This document shows, one piece after another, positions 54,009-63,733 of a stretch of DNA of 64,000 bases (position 1 is its first letter; each line of letters opens with the position of its first letter). The notes beneath the pieces are model-generated. The model was not told the DNA's origin. It made no database searches and saw only the letters and a program-made list of their open reading frames with translations. The position numbers and the translations under genes were made by a program. The stretch is from IMG/VR virus record IMGVR_UViG_2863357390_000001; one strand, given 5' to 3'. This DNA comes from a virus (Duplodnaviria > Caudoviricetes).

Positions 54009-54233
54009 GTGGGCACCTTCACCGTTCCCTGCCCGGACTGCGGCCACTCGTTCCCCATGACCACGACCACCACGCGACGCGGCGTCGATACCGACGGGCA
54101 CCCGGTCGTCAACCTCACCCTCGACCTCACCGACGCGAAGACCCGCTTCGCCGCACACGTCCTGCTCAACCCCGACCAACATCCCACCTTCACCATCGAC
54201 ACCCAGCCCGACAGCAGGGAGACGGCCACGTGA
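54009..54233 (+). CDS. Small zinc-ribbon protein
   Basis: CPDCGH; GGGAGG RBS. Confidence 0.55.
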   Translation: MGTFTVPCPDCGHSFPMTTTTTRRGVDTDGHPVVNLTLDLTDAKTRFAAHVLLNPDQHPTFTIDTQPDSRETAT

Positions 54234-54484
54234 CCGGCCAGCCCCGACCCATCGGCGATCTGCTCGACGCACTCGGCGTCACCGCCCAGCTCGGCGACCA
54301 CGACCGCATCACCGAAGCAGTCGTCATCGCCAAGGTCGTCGAACTCGACAGCTCCACAGGAGACCCACTGCTGGGCGTCTACACCGCTGCCGGTACGGAC
54401 TGGATCGCACAGCGGGGACTGGTGCACGCGGCACGCGAGGTGCTGGAGGCCACGCCACCGGTCGGGTCGGACGACCCCGACTGA
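54230..54484 (+). CDS. Hypothetical protein
   Basis: Coupled ORF. Confidence 0.55.
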   Translation: MTGQPRPIGDLLDALGVTAQLGDHDRITEAVVIAKVVELDSSTGDPLLGVYTAAGTDWIAQRGLVHAAREVLEATPPVGSDDPD

Positions 54485-54499
54485 CCGGACGGCACCCAC

Positions 54500-54634
54500 A
54501 CCAGCACCCTCAAAACGATCAAGACAACGACCATACCCCCAGGGGTAGTCCCCCGTACCGGGGGTGTTTCCGCAGGTCGCCTCGGGCAAGGGCCGCGCAG
54601 GTGCCGGCAGAAGTTCGGAAGACCCTTTGAGGCG
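54500..54634. other. Probable packaging (cos/pac) region upstream of terS
   Basis: Non-coding gap with C/G-run palindromes directly before the small terminase. Confidence 0.4.
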
Positions 54635-54643
54635 GTGATCGTG

Positions 54644-55135
54644 ATGGGTCGTGGAGGTCAGGGAAGGCCGAGGATGCCGACCGCGGTGGCCGAACTGAAC
54701 GGCTACCGCAAGGACCGGATCAACCACGACGAGCCAGTCCCGGCCGCGGGTGAGGTGGAGCCGCCGGCCTGGATGGTCGCCGTGCATCAGTTGGCCGACG
54801 ACGGTGAGGAGTCGGCACTGCAGGTGTGGCGCCGGCTGGCCCCGGACCTGATCGCGAAGAAGGTCCTCACGCCGTGGGACGTCGAGGCGTTCGCCGTGTA
54901 CTGCACCTCGGTGGTCGGCTACCGGCGGGCTGCGATCGAGGTGGCCGTGGAGGGCATGACGACCCGGGGGTCGCAGGGGGTCGTGAAGAACCCGGCGGTG
55001 ACGGCGATGAAGGACTGCGCGGACCTGATGAACCGGTACGGCGCGAAGTTCGGTCTGACCCCCTCGGACCGGGCGGCGTTGGCGATCAAGCCCGACGAGG
55101 GCAAGGGCAAGGGGGCGGAACGCCTGCTCGGCTGA
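54644..55135 (+). CDS. terS: Terminase small subunit (P27-like)
   Basis: GRPRMPTA..ELNG, VKNPA, KFGLTPSDR. Confidence 0.88.
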   Translation: MGRGGQGRPRMPTAVAELNGYRKDRINHDEPVPAAGEVEPPAWMVAVHQLADDGEESALQVWRRLAPDLIAKKVLTPWDVEAFAVYCTSVVGYRRAAIEVAVEGMTTRGSQGVVKNPAVTAMKDCADLMNRYGAKFGLTPSDRAALAIKPDEGKGKGAERLLG

Positions 55136-55145
55136 GGAGGGCGCG

Positions 55146-56825
55146 GTGGCTCTCCCGAGATGCGGGTACGTCCTGGACGACCTGGAGTGCCGGGAGCGCG
55201 GGGACCACTTCTGCGAGCCGCGGGCGTTGCACGCGAAGGCGTTTTTCGAGGAGATCCTGGTCCACACCAAGGGCACGTGGGCGCGGAAAAGGTTCGTCCT
55301 GTCGGCGTGGCAGGACACCGAGATCATCGCCCCGATCTTCGGTCCGGTGCGGTGGTCGGAGGAGTTCGGCTGCTACGTGCGCGTGATCCGGATCGTGTGG
55401 ATCGAGCTGGCGCGCAAGCAGGGCAAGTCCGAGATCCTGGCCGGGATCGCGCTGTACATGCTGTGCGCGGACGGCGAGGAGCAGGCCGAGGTCTACGGGG
55501 CGGCGTGCGACAAGGACCAGGCGCGGAAGGTGTTCGACGTCGCGGCGCGGATGGTGCAGTTGTCACCGGTGCTGTCGAAGCGGCTGGTGGTCAAGCAGCA
55601 CGAGAAGCGGATCGTGGACGAGCGGACGGGTTCGTACTACGAGGTGATCGCGGCGGACGCGGCGGGCAACCTGGGGCACAACCCGCACTGCATCGTGTTC
55701 GACGAGGTGTTGACGCAGAAGAACGGTGCGCTGTGGGACTCGCTGCGCACGGCGATGGGCACGCGGACGCAGGCGTTGATGGTCGCGGCGACCACGCCGG
55801 GGGACGATCCGTCGTCGTGGTGCGGCGGGATGCACGACGAGATGCAGCGCGTCGCGGACCAGCCGGAGCGGGCTCCGCACATCCACGTGTTCCTGCGCAA
55901 CACGCCGCCGGACGCGGACCCGTGGGACGAGACCCTGTGGGGTTACGCGAATCCGGCGCTCGGCGAGTTCCTGTCGATCCAGGCGTTGCGGGACGAGGCG
56001 GTCGAGGCGCGCAACGACCCGTCGAAGGAGAACTCGTTCCGCCAGTACCGGCTCGCGCAGTGGGTGCGGCAGTCGCATCGGTGGATGCCGATGCACCTGT
56101 ACGAGGACTGCGTCGGCGAGCCGTGGCTGGCCCCGGACTACCGGCGGCGGGAGTTGTCGGGGCGGGTGGCGTGGGCCGGGTTCGACCTCGCCGCGAAGTT
56201 CGACCTCGTCTCGTGGTGCCTGCTGGTGCCCGATGGCCACGAGGTGCACGCGTTGTGGCGGTTCTGGCTCCCGGAGTCGGGACTGGCCTTTTTGGACAAG
56301 CACAACGAGGGGAAGTTCTCCCGGTGGGCGCGTGAGGGCTGGTTGACGGTGACCGAAGGGGACGTCGTCGACTACGACCGCGTCTACACCGACATCGAAA
56401 CGGACGCCCGGGACTTCGACATTCGCGCGTCGGACGCGGACCAGTGGTCGATGGCGCCGGTGATCCAGGAGATCGAGAAGCGCACCGGGGTGTGGGAGAT
56501 CGATGCCTACAACAACACCTACCAGCGCATGTCCCCGGGGATGACGGAGCTGATGGCGCTGGTGAAAGCGCGCCGATTCCGGCACCACGGGAACCCGGTC
56601 GCCCGGTTCTGCTTCGACGCGGTCGAGGTGCGCAAGGCCCCGTACGACCCGGAGCTGATCCGGCCGGACAAGCCCGAGCGTGACAAGTCCGGGAAGCGGA
56701 TCGACGCGGTGCCGTCGGCGGCGATGGCGGTGTCGGCGTGGAAACGGGACCCGCTGCCCGAGACGAAACCGACCGAGCCTGGTCGGCGGATCGTGGTGTC
56801 GTCGCGGAGAGGGAGGTCCGCGTGA
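55146..56825 (+). CDS. terL: Terminase large subunit
   Basis: ARKQGKSE Walker A, IVFDE Walker B, ANPALG, GFDLA, RIDAV. Confidence 0.95.
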   Translation: MALPRCGYVLDDLECRERGDHFCEPRALHAKAFFEEILVHTKGTWARKRFVLSAWQDTEIIAPIFGPVRWSEEFGCYVRVIRIVWIELARKQGKSEILAGIALYMLCADGEEQAEVYGAACDKDQARKVFDVAARMVQLSPVLSKRLVVKQHEKRIVDERTGSYYEVIAADAAGNLGHNPHCIVFDEVLTQKNGALWDSLRTAMGTRTQALMVAATTPGDDPSSWCGGMHDEMQRVADQPERAPHIHVFLRNTPPDADPWDETLWGYANPALGEFLSIQALRDEAVEARNDPSKENSFRQYRLAQWVRQSHRWMPMHLYEDCVGEPWLAPDYRRRELSGRVAWAGFDLAAKFDLVSWCLLVPDGHEVHALWRFWLPESGLAFLDKHNEGKFSRWAREGWLTVTEGDVVDYDRVYTDIETDARDFDIRASDADQWSMAPVIQEIEKRTGVWEIDAYNNTYQRMSPGMTELMALVKARRFRHHGNPVARFCFDAVEVRKAPYDPELIRPDKPERDKSGKRIDAVPSAAMAVSAWKRDPLPETKPTEPGRRIVVSSRRGRSA

Positions 56826-58252
56826 AGCTGTCCGACCTCACCCCCGAGGAGTGGTACGCGCGGCTGACCACGAAGACGCTGCACCAACGCAGGACCGCGT
56901 TGAAGTGGTGGCAGTACATGAACCTCGAACAGGAACTCGTGTACGTCGCCCGGATCATCGCCGAGCAGGACGACCGGTTCCCGCCGCTGTTGCTGCCGTG
57001 GGCTGAACTGGTCGTCGAGTCGGTGATCGAACGCCTGCGGCTGGAGAGCTTCCTGTCCGGTGAGGCGCCGGTCGACGCGCTGGTGAAGTCGTGGAACGAC
57101 AACGACCTAGCCGTCAACAGCGACGAGGCGCACAAGGCGTCGAGTGTCTCCGGCCTGCACTTCCTGATGGTCGGTCCGGACGGGGCCGGTGGTTCGCCGA
57201 TGGTGACCACCGAGTACTGCGACCAGGTCGCGGTCGAGTTGGACCCGCGGACCCGGCAGCCGCTGGTGGGGCTGAAGTTGTGGACCGAGGACCTCGATGG
57301 CTTCGGAGAGGGGCACGCGGCTCTCTACATCCCCGAGGTGCCGACGTTGACCCAGCGGAGGCCTGGCCGGTGCAGGGTATTCGAGCTGGACGAGAACGGC
57401 GCCCTGTTCGAGACGGAGCCGCTGGGCGACTGGTCGCGGGTGATCGCCGAGGACCCGTCGTTGCCGAGTGTTCCGTTCGTGCCGATGCTCACCAACCCGG
57501 TGCGAGGCCATGGCACCTCCGACCTGCTGCAGCTCAAGCCGACGCTGGACGGGGCGAACCAGATCGCCACGAACATGATGGCGGCGGTGGAGCATCACGC
57601 GGTGGGCCGGAAGTGGGTCGTCGGCGCGTCGGAGAAGGACTTCGTCGACGAGAACGGGAACCAGATCCCGTTGTGGCGGATCGCGATGGGCGACGTGTGG
57701 GCGATCCCGCATGCGAAACAGGAACAGCGCAACGAGAAGCCGCCGGAGACCAAGGTCGGCCAGTTCGCGGCGTCGGACCTGCGGAACTTCCACGAGTCCC
57801 TGAAGACCCTGGCGCAGGTCGCGGCCTCGAAGTACGGGCTGCCGCCGCTGTACATGGGCTACTCCAGCGACAACCCGGCGTCGGCCGAGGCCATCCAGTT
57901 CTCGCTGGAGCGGCTCGTGCTACGCGCGGAGAAGCGGCAGTTGTGGTACGGCGGCGCGTGGGAACGCGCGGGACGTATCCAGTGGGCGATCCTCGGTAAG
58001 GACCCGACGGAGATTTCCGGCATGGAGTCGAAGTGGCGCAACGCGGCCACGCCGACGATGGCGTCCAAGATGGACGCGGCGGTGAAGGCGGTCGGTGGTC
58101 CGGTGATCGACCAGGAGCAGGCGTGGAACGACATCGGCTACTCCGAGGCGGCCAAGGCCGGGATGCGCGAGCGGATGCGTCTGCGTGGTGTGACAGCGGC
58201 CCAGTCGCTGCGTGACCTCGATGCCACGGCGACACCCCGCGGGGGTGCCTAG
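56822..58252 (+). CDS. Portal protein (SPP1 gp6-like)
   Basis: PWAELVVE...ERLRLE, VPFVP, SDNPASAEA; follows terL. Confidence 0.9.
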   Translation: MKLSDLTPEEWYARLTTKTLHQRRTALKWWQYMNLEQELVYVARIIAEQDDRFPPLLLPWAELVVESVIERLRLESFLSGEAPVDALVKSWNDNDLAVNSDEAHKASSVSGLHFLMVGPDGAGGSPMVTTEYCDQVAVELDPRTRQPLVGLKLWTEDLDGFGEGHAALYIPEVPTLTQRRPGRCRVFELDENGALFETEPLGDWSRVIAEDPSLPSVPFVPMLTNPVRGHGTSDLLQLKPTLDGANQIATNMMAAVEHHAVGRKWVVGASEKDFVDENGNQIPLWRIAMGDVWAIPHAKQEQRNEKPPETKVGQFAASDLRNFHESLKTLAQVAASKYGLPPLYMGYSSDNPASAEAIQFSLERLVLRAEKRQLWYGGAWERAGRIQWAILGKDPTEISGMESKWRNAATPTMASKMDAAVKAVGGPVIDQEQAWNDIGYSEAAKAGMRERMRLRGVTAAQSLRDLDATATPRGGA

Positions 58253-59178
58253 TGCTCCCGTCCTCCGTAGCTGAGGTCGCCGGCACCTACAGCCGCCTGG
58301 TGGACGAGCTTGTGGTCGAGGCGATGGCAGTGCTGGACCAGGCGCTGTCGCGTGGCCGGTCGTCACCGGAGGCGTGGCGGGACGCGGTGCAGGCGATCGG
58401 TGACCGGCTACTCGCACTGCAGGTGACGGCCGCGTCGTACGCGGACCCGTACCTCAACGACGTGCTCGACGCCCAGGACACCGACCCTGTCGCGGATGCC
58501 GTGGTGCAGCCGGCGGCGTTCGCGGACACAACAGACGGCGGCGGGTCCTGGCTGCAGGGGCTGGTGTTCGCGCCGAACTCGGTGCGGGAGCCGGGTGTGG
58601 AGTGGGCGTCGCGGTTCGCTTTCGTGGCCCGGTCGATCACGGCGACGGGGATCACCGACGTCGCGCGCGGGTCGGTGCAGGCGGGCATGCAGGCCCGTCC
58701 GGCGACCCGCTGGTACGTGCGGATGCTGACCGGCAAATCCTGTGCGCGGTGCGCGATCCTCGCGGGCCGCCAGTACCGGTCCTCGGTGGCGTTCAAACGC
58801 CACAGGCGCTGTGACTGCCGGGTGGTGCCCGCGGCCGAGTCCGTGCGGGACTGGACGGTCGACCCCGACGAGTACTTCCGCTCCCTGACCACGGAGGAGC
58901 AGGACGAGCGGTTCGGCAAGGCCAACGCGGAGGCGATCCGGCTGGGTGCGGACGTCGCGCAGGTCGTCAACGCCGAGTCCGGGGTGTACGTGGCCTCGGC
59001 GCACGGCCGCGAGTACCTGGCGACCACCACCGGTACGACCCGACGAGGTCTGGCCGGGCAGCGGCTCGATGGCGCCGCCCGCCTGCTACCGGACGAGATC
59101 TTCCTCCAGGCCGAGCGGCTTGGTTGGGACCGCGAGGAGATCCTCGCGCAGCTCAGGCGTAACGCCTACCTCATCTGA
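58252..59178 (+). CDS. Minor capsid/MuF-like head morphogenesis protein
   Basis: CARCAILAG...FKRHRRCDC; RLLPDEI. Confidence 0.75.
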   Translation: MLPSSVAEVAGTYSRLVDELVVEAMAVLDQALSRGRSSPEAWRDAVQAIGDRLLALQVTAASYADPYLNDVLDAQDTDPVADAVVQPAAFADTTDGGGSWLQGLVFAPNSVREPGVEWASRFAFVARSITATGITDVARGSVQAGMQARPATRWYVRMLTGKSCARCAILAGRQYRSSVAFKRHRRCDCRVVPAAESVRDWTVDPDEYFRSLTTEEQDERFGKANAEAIRLGADVAQVVNAESGVYVASAHGREYLATTTGTTRRGLAGQRLDGAARLLPDEIFLQAERLGWDREEILAQLRRNAYLI

Positions 59179-59267
59179 CCTACTCGAACAGTCCTGTGTG
59201 GACGTGCCGGACGACGGCGGCACACCCGGTTCGAGGTTTCCGTCGGTACTCCGCTCCGGAGGATGCA

Positions 59268-59891
59268 GTGACCCAGCCCCAGGCTGTTCCGTCCGACCCT
59301 GCCCAGACCACGCCGCCGGCCCCCGGACCGACGACTGGGTCTCCCGCTCCCGCGACGACCGACTCGCCGTCTGCGAAGACGTTCACGCAGGAGCAGGTGA
59401 ACGAGATGTTCGCCCGGGAGAAGCGGCGGCTGGCGGACAAGTACGCCGACTACGACACCGCGAAGACCAAGGCCGCGGAGCTGGACAGGCTCCAGGAAGC
59501 CAGCGCCACCGAGTTGGAGAAGGCGGTCAAGGCCGCGGACGCGGCGGCGCGTGCCGACGTGACCGCGAAGACCAACGCCCGCCTGGTCGGCGCGGAGGTC
59601 AAGGCGGCGGCGGCGCACGCCGGGTTCAACGACCCCGGTGACGCGGTGATCCAGCTCGGCGCGCAGATCGCGGGCGTGAAGGTCGGCGACGACGGCCAGG
59701 TCGACGAGGACGCCGTGAAGGCACTCGTAGCCGAGTTGGCGCAGGCCAAGCCGTACCTGGTGAAGCAGGCGGACGCCAGGCAGCAGCCACTTCCCGGGCA
59801 GGGACTGCACCAGCCATCACGCACTGCGGGCAGTGACGAGGGCAAGGCCGAAGCCGCACGCCGGTTCGGCAAGCCACCGGCCCGCCCCTGA
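59268..59891 (+). CDS. Capsid scaffolding protein
   Basis: KTFTQEQVN...KYADYD..KTKA.ELD; KPYLVK. Confidence 0.8.
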   Translation: MTQPQAVPSDPAQTTPPAPGPTTGSPAPATTDSPSAKTFTQEQVNEMFAREKRRLADKYADYDTAKTKAAELDRLQEASATELEKAVKAADAAARADVTAKTNARLVGAEVKAAAAHAGFNDPGDAVIQLGAQIAGVKVGDDGQVDEDAVKALVAELAQAKPYLVKQADARQQPLPGQGLHQPSRTAGSDEGKAEAARRFGKPPARP

Positions 59892-59907
59892 CGATGAAAG
59901 GCAACCC

Positions 59908-60612
59908 ATGACCGACATCTCGGTCCGCTGGAACGACTACCAGGTCGAGAAGCGGGACTGGTTGGCGGGCGAGCACGGAACCGGCCCGGGCGACAACCCG
60001 TCCGTCGTGCTCGACGTCTCCCTGTTCACGCAGAACATCCACTACCCCAACGGTTACATCCCGTCGGGCACCCCGCTGGCGAAGGTGACGGCGACCGGAT
60101 TGTACGGGCCGTACAGCGTCACCGACGAGGTGCAGACCATCACCGAGGGCGGCTCCGGTCTCACCTCGTTCACGTTGACCCTGTCGGGTCAGACCACGGG
60201 GTCCATCGCCGCCGCGGCGACCGCGGACACGGTGAAGGCCGCGATCGAGGCCCTGTCGAACGTCGGCGCGGGCAACGTCGCGGTCACCGGCAACGCGGGC
60301 GGGCCGTACACGGTGACGTTCACCGGCGCGTTGGCGGACACCAACGTCGCGCAGATGACCGCAACCCCGACCGGTGGCACCGGCACCGTCACGATCGCCA
60401 CGACCACCGGCGGCGGCACCGAGGGCACCGGCGGCCTGGAGACCTGTGCGGGTCTGCTGTTCGGCTTCGCCACGGTCGTACGCGGGACCACCACGCTGGC
60501 CAAGGTCGGCGGGGCGCTGTTCGTGCACGGGTTCGTGCGCCGCTCACGGCTGCCGTTCACGTTGGACACCAACGGGCAGAACGACCTCAAGCTGATCCAC
60601 TTCACCGACTGA
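59908..60612 (+). CDS. Head decoration protein with internal inserted domain
   Basis: NGYIPSGTPLAKVTATGLYGPY then EVQT...GGPYTVTF insert then GLETCAGLLF. Confidence 0.7.
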   Translation: MTDISVRWNDYQVEKRDWLAGEHGTGPGDNPSVVLDVSLFTQNIHYPNGYIPSGTPLAKVTATGLYGPYSVTDEVQTITEGGSGLTSFTLTLSGQTTGSIAAAATADTVKAAIEALSNVGAGNVAVTGNAGGPYTVTFTGALADTNVAQMTATPTGGTGTVTIATTTGGGTEGTGGLETCAGLLFGFATVVRGTTTLAKVGGALFVHGFVRRSRLPFTLDTNGQNDLKLIHFTD

Positions 60613-60627
60613 TCGGAGGGACTGATC

Positions 60628-61674
60628 ATGGCTATCGTCTTCGACGGCCCGGTTTCCCCCGACGCCGTCACGAGTTTCATCCGTCTGGTCCCGGCCACCA
60701 CCGGGTTCATCCTCAACGAACTCCTGCCCGACAAGGAGTTCCAGGACATCGAAGTCGACTTCGAGGAACTGGTCCTCACCAACCGGGTGGCCCGGTTCCG
60801 CAGCTACGACGGCCGAGTGCACGTCTCCCAGCGGGACGGCATGCGGTCGGGCAAGGTCAGGCTGCCCCCCGTGTCCTCGTCGCTGAACATGGGCGAGTAC
60901 GAACGGCTGCTGCTGGAGTTCGAGCGCATCGGCGGTACCCGCACCGACGCGCTCAAGCAGGCGATCTACAACGACGCCCTGCGCCTGGTCCGCGAGGTCC
61001 GCAACCGCATGGAGTTGGCGCGCGGGGACGTGCTCACCGACTTCAAGCTGTCGATGCTCGCAGGCGGCAACGAGCCCGCCGGTCTGGAGGCCGACTACGG
61101 CGCCCCGGCCGGGCACCTCGTCGCCCCCTCCACGCTGTGGAGCAACACCACCACGGCCACGCCGCTGAGCGACCTGGTCGCCTGGTGCGACCGGTGGAAG
61201 ACCGACAACGGCGGCGCCGGAGCCGGTGCGCTGTGGACCTCCAACCGTGTGCTGCGTCTGGCGCAGCGCAACAAGGAGATCATCGACGCGGTCTACGGAG
61301 CCACCCAGGGACGTACCCGGGTCACCGTGGAGGAGCTGAACAACCTCCTGGAGTCCGAGGGCATCCCGACCATCCGTACCTACGACGCGTCGGTGGACGT
61401 GGACGGGGTCACCACGCCGATCATCCCGGACGACCGGTTGCTGATCGCTCCCGCCAACGGCGAGGAGCTGGGCTTCACGGCCTGGGGCATCTCGGCGACC
61501 GCGCTGGAGCTGGTCCGATCGAACGAAGCGGAGATGAACTTCGCCATCGCACCCGGTGTCGTCGGCCTGGTCGTCAAGGAAGGTCCGCCGTTCCGGGAGT
61601 TCACCTACGTCGACGCGGTCGGCATGCCCGTGATCTCCAACCCGCGCGCGCTGATCGTCGCCGACGTCCTGTGA
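60628..61674 (+). CDS. Major capsid protein (phage capsid E-like)
   Basis: A.FRSYD, LPP, RMELARG, IPDDR, DAVGMPV; follows scaffold and decoration genes. Confidence 0.88.
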   Translation: MAIVFDGPVSPDAVTSFIRLVPATTGFILNELLPDKEFQDIEVDFEELVLTNRVARFRSYDGRVHVSQRDGMRSGKVRLPPVSSSLNMGEYERLLLEFERIGGTRTDALKQAIYNDALRLVREVRNRMELARGDVLTDFKLSMLAGGNEPAGLEADYGAPAGHLVAPSTLWSNTTTATPLSDLVAWCDRWKTDNGGAGAGALWTSNRVLRLAQRNKEIIDAVYGATQGRTRVTVEELNNLLESEGIPTIRTYDASVDVDGVTTPIIPDDRLLIAPANGEELGFTAWGISATALELVRSNEAEMNFAIAPGVVGLVVKEGPPFREFTYVDAVGMPVISNPRALIVADVL

Positions 61675-61687
61675 GGAGGGTGACCGT

Positions 61688-62017
61688 ATGGCACGGCTGA
61701 ACACGCACGTGTCCGTGAACGGCGACTGGTACGGGCCCGACGACGACGTGCCGGACGAGGTGGCGGACCGGATCACCAACCCGGACGTGTGGTCCGAGCC
61801 GCCTTCCCGACGCGTCCAGGAGTCGGAGCCCGACGCCGAGGGTGAGGGCGAAGGGCCGGCCGACATGCCGGTTCCGCCTCCTCGGCGTGGCCCGGGTTCG
61901 GGAGGCCCGGCGTGGATCGAGTACGCCCGACAGGTCGGCGTCACCGGCGAGTTCGACTCCAAGGACGCGCTGATCGGCGAGCTGGAACGGCGCGGCCTGC
62001 TGCCGAAGGAGGCGTGA
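61688..62017 (+). CDS. Capsid-associated small protein
   Basis: WYGP..DVP...ITNPDVW; PRRGPGS...W. Confidence 0.6.
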   Translation: MARLNTHVSVNGDWYGPDDDVPDEVADRITNPDVWSEPPSRRVQESEPDAEGEGEGPADMPVPPPRRGPGSGGPAWIEYARQVGVTGEFDSKDALIGELERRGLLPKEA

Positions 62018-62021
62018 CGCG

Positions 62022-62411
62022 GTGGCCACGTACGCCCTCCCGTCGGACGTGGCCACCCGCCTCGGCCTCGGTGGCAGCGGTTTCGACGAGGACGAGGAAT
62101 CCCAGGCGCTCGCGCTGCTGGAGGACGTGTCTGCGGTCATGCGGTCACGTCTGCCGCTGCTGGACACGTGGATCACGGCCGGGCTGGTCGGCGCCGACAC
62201 CGCCAAGGCCGTGGCCTGCTGGCTGGCGATGGAGTGCATCACCGTCGCCACCACCGGCGTCGGCAAATCCGGCGAGACCCACCCGGAGCACGCGGTGACG
62301 ATCCGCTCGGCCGCAGGGCTGGACCTCTCCGACGCCCAGGTCGCCCAGCTCACCCCCGCCGGCGCGCGGGGCAGCGGGAGGCCGTTCTCGATCCGACCCG
62401 GAGGTGACTGA
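62022..62411 (+). CDS. Head-to-tail adaptor
   Basis: YALPSDV...LLEDVS; position after capsid. Confidence 0.7.
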   Translation: MATYALPSDVATRLGLGGSGFDEDEESQALALLEDVSAVMRSRLPLLDTWITAGLVGADTAKAVACWLAMECITVATTGVGKSGETHPEHAVTIRSAAGLDLSDAQVAQLTPAGARGSGRPFSIRPGGD

Positions 62412-62550
62412 CTGGTGAGCATCATCCGACTCAGGGACGTCGACGGCGACGTCCACTACACCGAGCAGGGTTCGCAGGCCGCGCGGCGGCTGCTGGACGA
62501 AGGCGCGGTCGACCTGGACGCGCCGACCACCGGAGGGGAGGTGGCGGCCG

Positions 62551-62907
62551 ATGCCGCACCTGCCGGACCGGGTGACGATCACGACCCCGCGCCCGCCGAC
62601 GACGGACCCGGACAGCGGAAACGAGCTGCCCGGACCGCCGATCGTGGAGCGGAACCGCCCGGCGCGGCTTAGCCAGCAGCCGGTCGCGAACGTCGGCGGC
62701 CAGACCGAACTCGTTGCGGCACAGGACACCACGGTGTCGCTGTGGACGATCCTCGTCGGCCCTCGCACCACGCTGACGGCCGAGTCCGTCGTGGTCGACG
62801 AGGCCACCAAACGCAAGTGGGTCGTCGTCGGCGCCGTGGCCCGCCGGCCCGAACATCACCCCAAGTACTTGGCCGCCGGCGCGCGGCTCATCTCCGACAT
62901 GCAGTAG
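62551..62907 (+). CDS. Head-to-tail stopper
   Basis: RVTITTP..TTDPDSGN...W.VVG; position. Confidence 0.65.
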   Translation: MPHLPDRVTITTPRPPTTDPDSGNELPGPPIVERNRPARLSQQPVANVGGQTELVAAQDTTVSLWTILVGPRTTLTAESVVVDEATKRKWVVVGAVARRPEHHPKYLAAGARLISDMQ

Positions 62908-62918
62908 GGAGCCCACGC

Positions 62919-63425
62919 ATGCCGCTCCAGACCAACCTCGGCGCCGCGATCACGGCGCTGCTGACCGGCACCACAGACCTCGGACCCGCGTCCACCCCGC
63001 AGAACCTGTCCTACGCGCGTACCTGGACCAGCGGTACCGCAGCCGGACAGGCAGACCTCGTGTGGGGCGACACCAACACGCTGGCCGCGTCGGCGACCAC
63101 CGACGTCGACCTGGCCGGGTCGCTGACCGGACCGCTCGGCGGGACGATCACGTTCGCCCGGGTCAAGGCGATCCTGTTGACCGCCGACGCCGGGAACGCC
63201 AACAACGTCGTGCTGGGCGCGGCGGCGTCGAACGCGTTCGTCGGCCCGTTCGGGGCGTCGACGCACACCGTCGCCGTCCAGCCCGGCGGCAGCGTCCTGC
63301 TGGTCGCGCCCGGCGCCACGGCGTGGCCGGTCACCGCGTCGACCGCGGACCTGCTCCGGGTGGCGAACTCCGGCGCGGGCACGGCCGTCACCTACAGCCT
63401 GCTGATCGTCGGCGCGAGCGCCTGA
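62919..63425 (+). CDS. Virion-associated hypothetical protein
   Basis: GGGAG RBS; beta-rich; within the head-tail block. Confidence 0.6.
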   Translation: MPLQTNLGAAITALLTGTTDLGPASTPQNLSYARTWTSGTAAGQADLVWGDTNTLAASATTDVDLAGSLTGPLGGTITFARVKAILLTADAGNANNVVLGAAASNAFVGPFGASTHTVAVQPGGSVLLVAPGATAWPVTASTADLLRVANSGAGTAVTYSLLIVGASA

Positions 63426-63730
63426 TGGGCGCGAAGGTCACCGTCTACTCGGGACAGGCCGTCGCGGAGGCGAACCGCATCTCCACCGAGTATCGGCGGC
63501 GGATCGCCGAGCGGATCGCCGCCGACGCCCGCGCCGAAGCACCGGTGCGCACGGGCGAGTACCGCGAGGGCATCGGCACACGCTCGGACGGCGACCGGGT
63601 GTTCGTCGAGGACACCGACCCCGAGTCCGTGTTCAAGGAGTACGGCACGGTCGACACCCCGCCTCATGCCGTGGTCACCGACGCGGCACGCCGGTACGGC
63701 CGGTACAGCGGGTGGCAGCCTCGGGGGTGA
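63425..63730 (+). CDS. HK97 gp10-like tail completion protein
   Basis: APVRTGEYR, KEYGT..TPPH. Confidence 0.75.
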   Translation: MGAKVTVYSGQAVAEANRISTEYRRRIAERIAADARAEAPVRTGEYREGIGTRSDGDRVFVEDTDPESVFKEYGTVDTPPHAVVTDAARRYGRYSGWQPRG

Positions 63731-63733
63731 GCC

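Noticed and set aside
62415-62672. 85-aa ORF between adaptor and stopper
   Set aside because: It overlaps the stopper gene by about 120 nt; it may be real but could not be supported.
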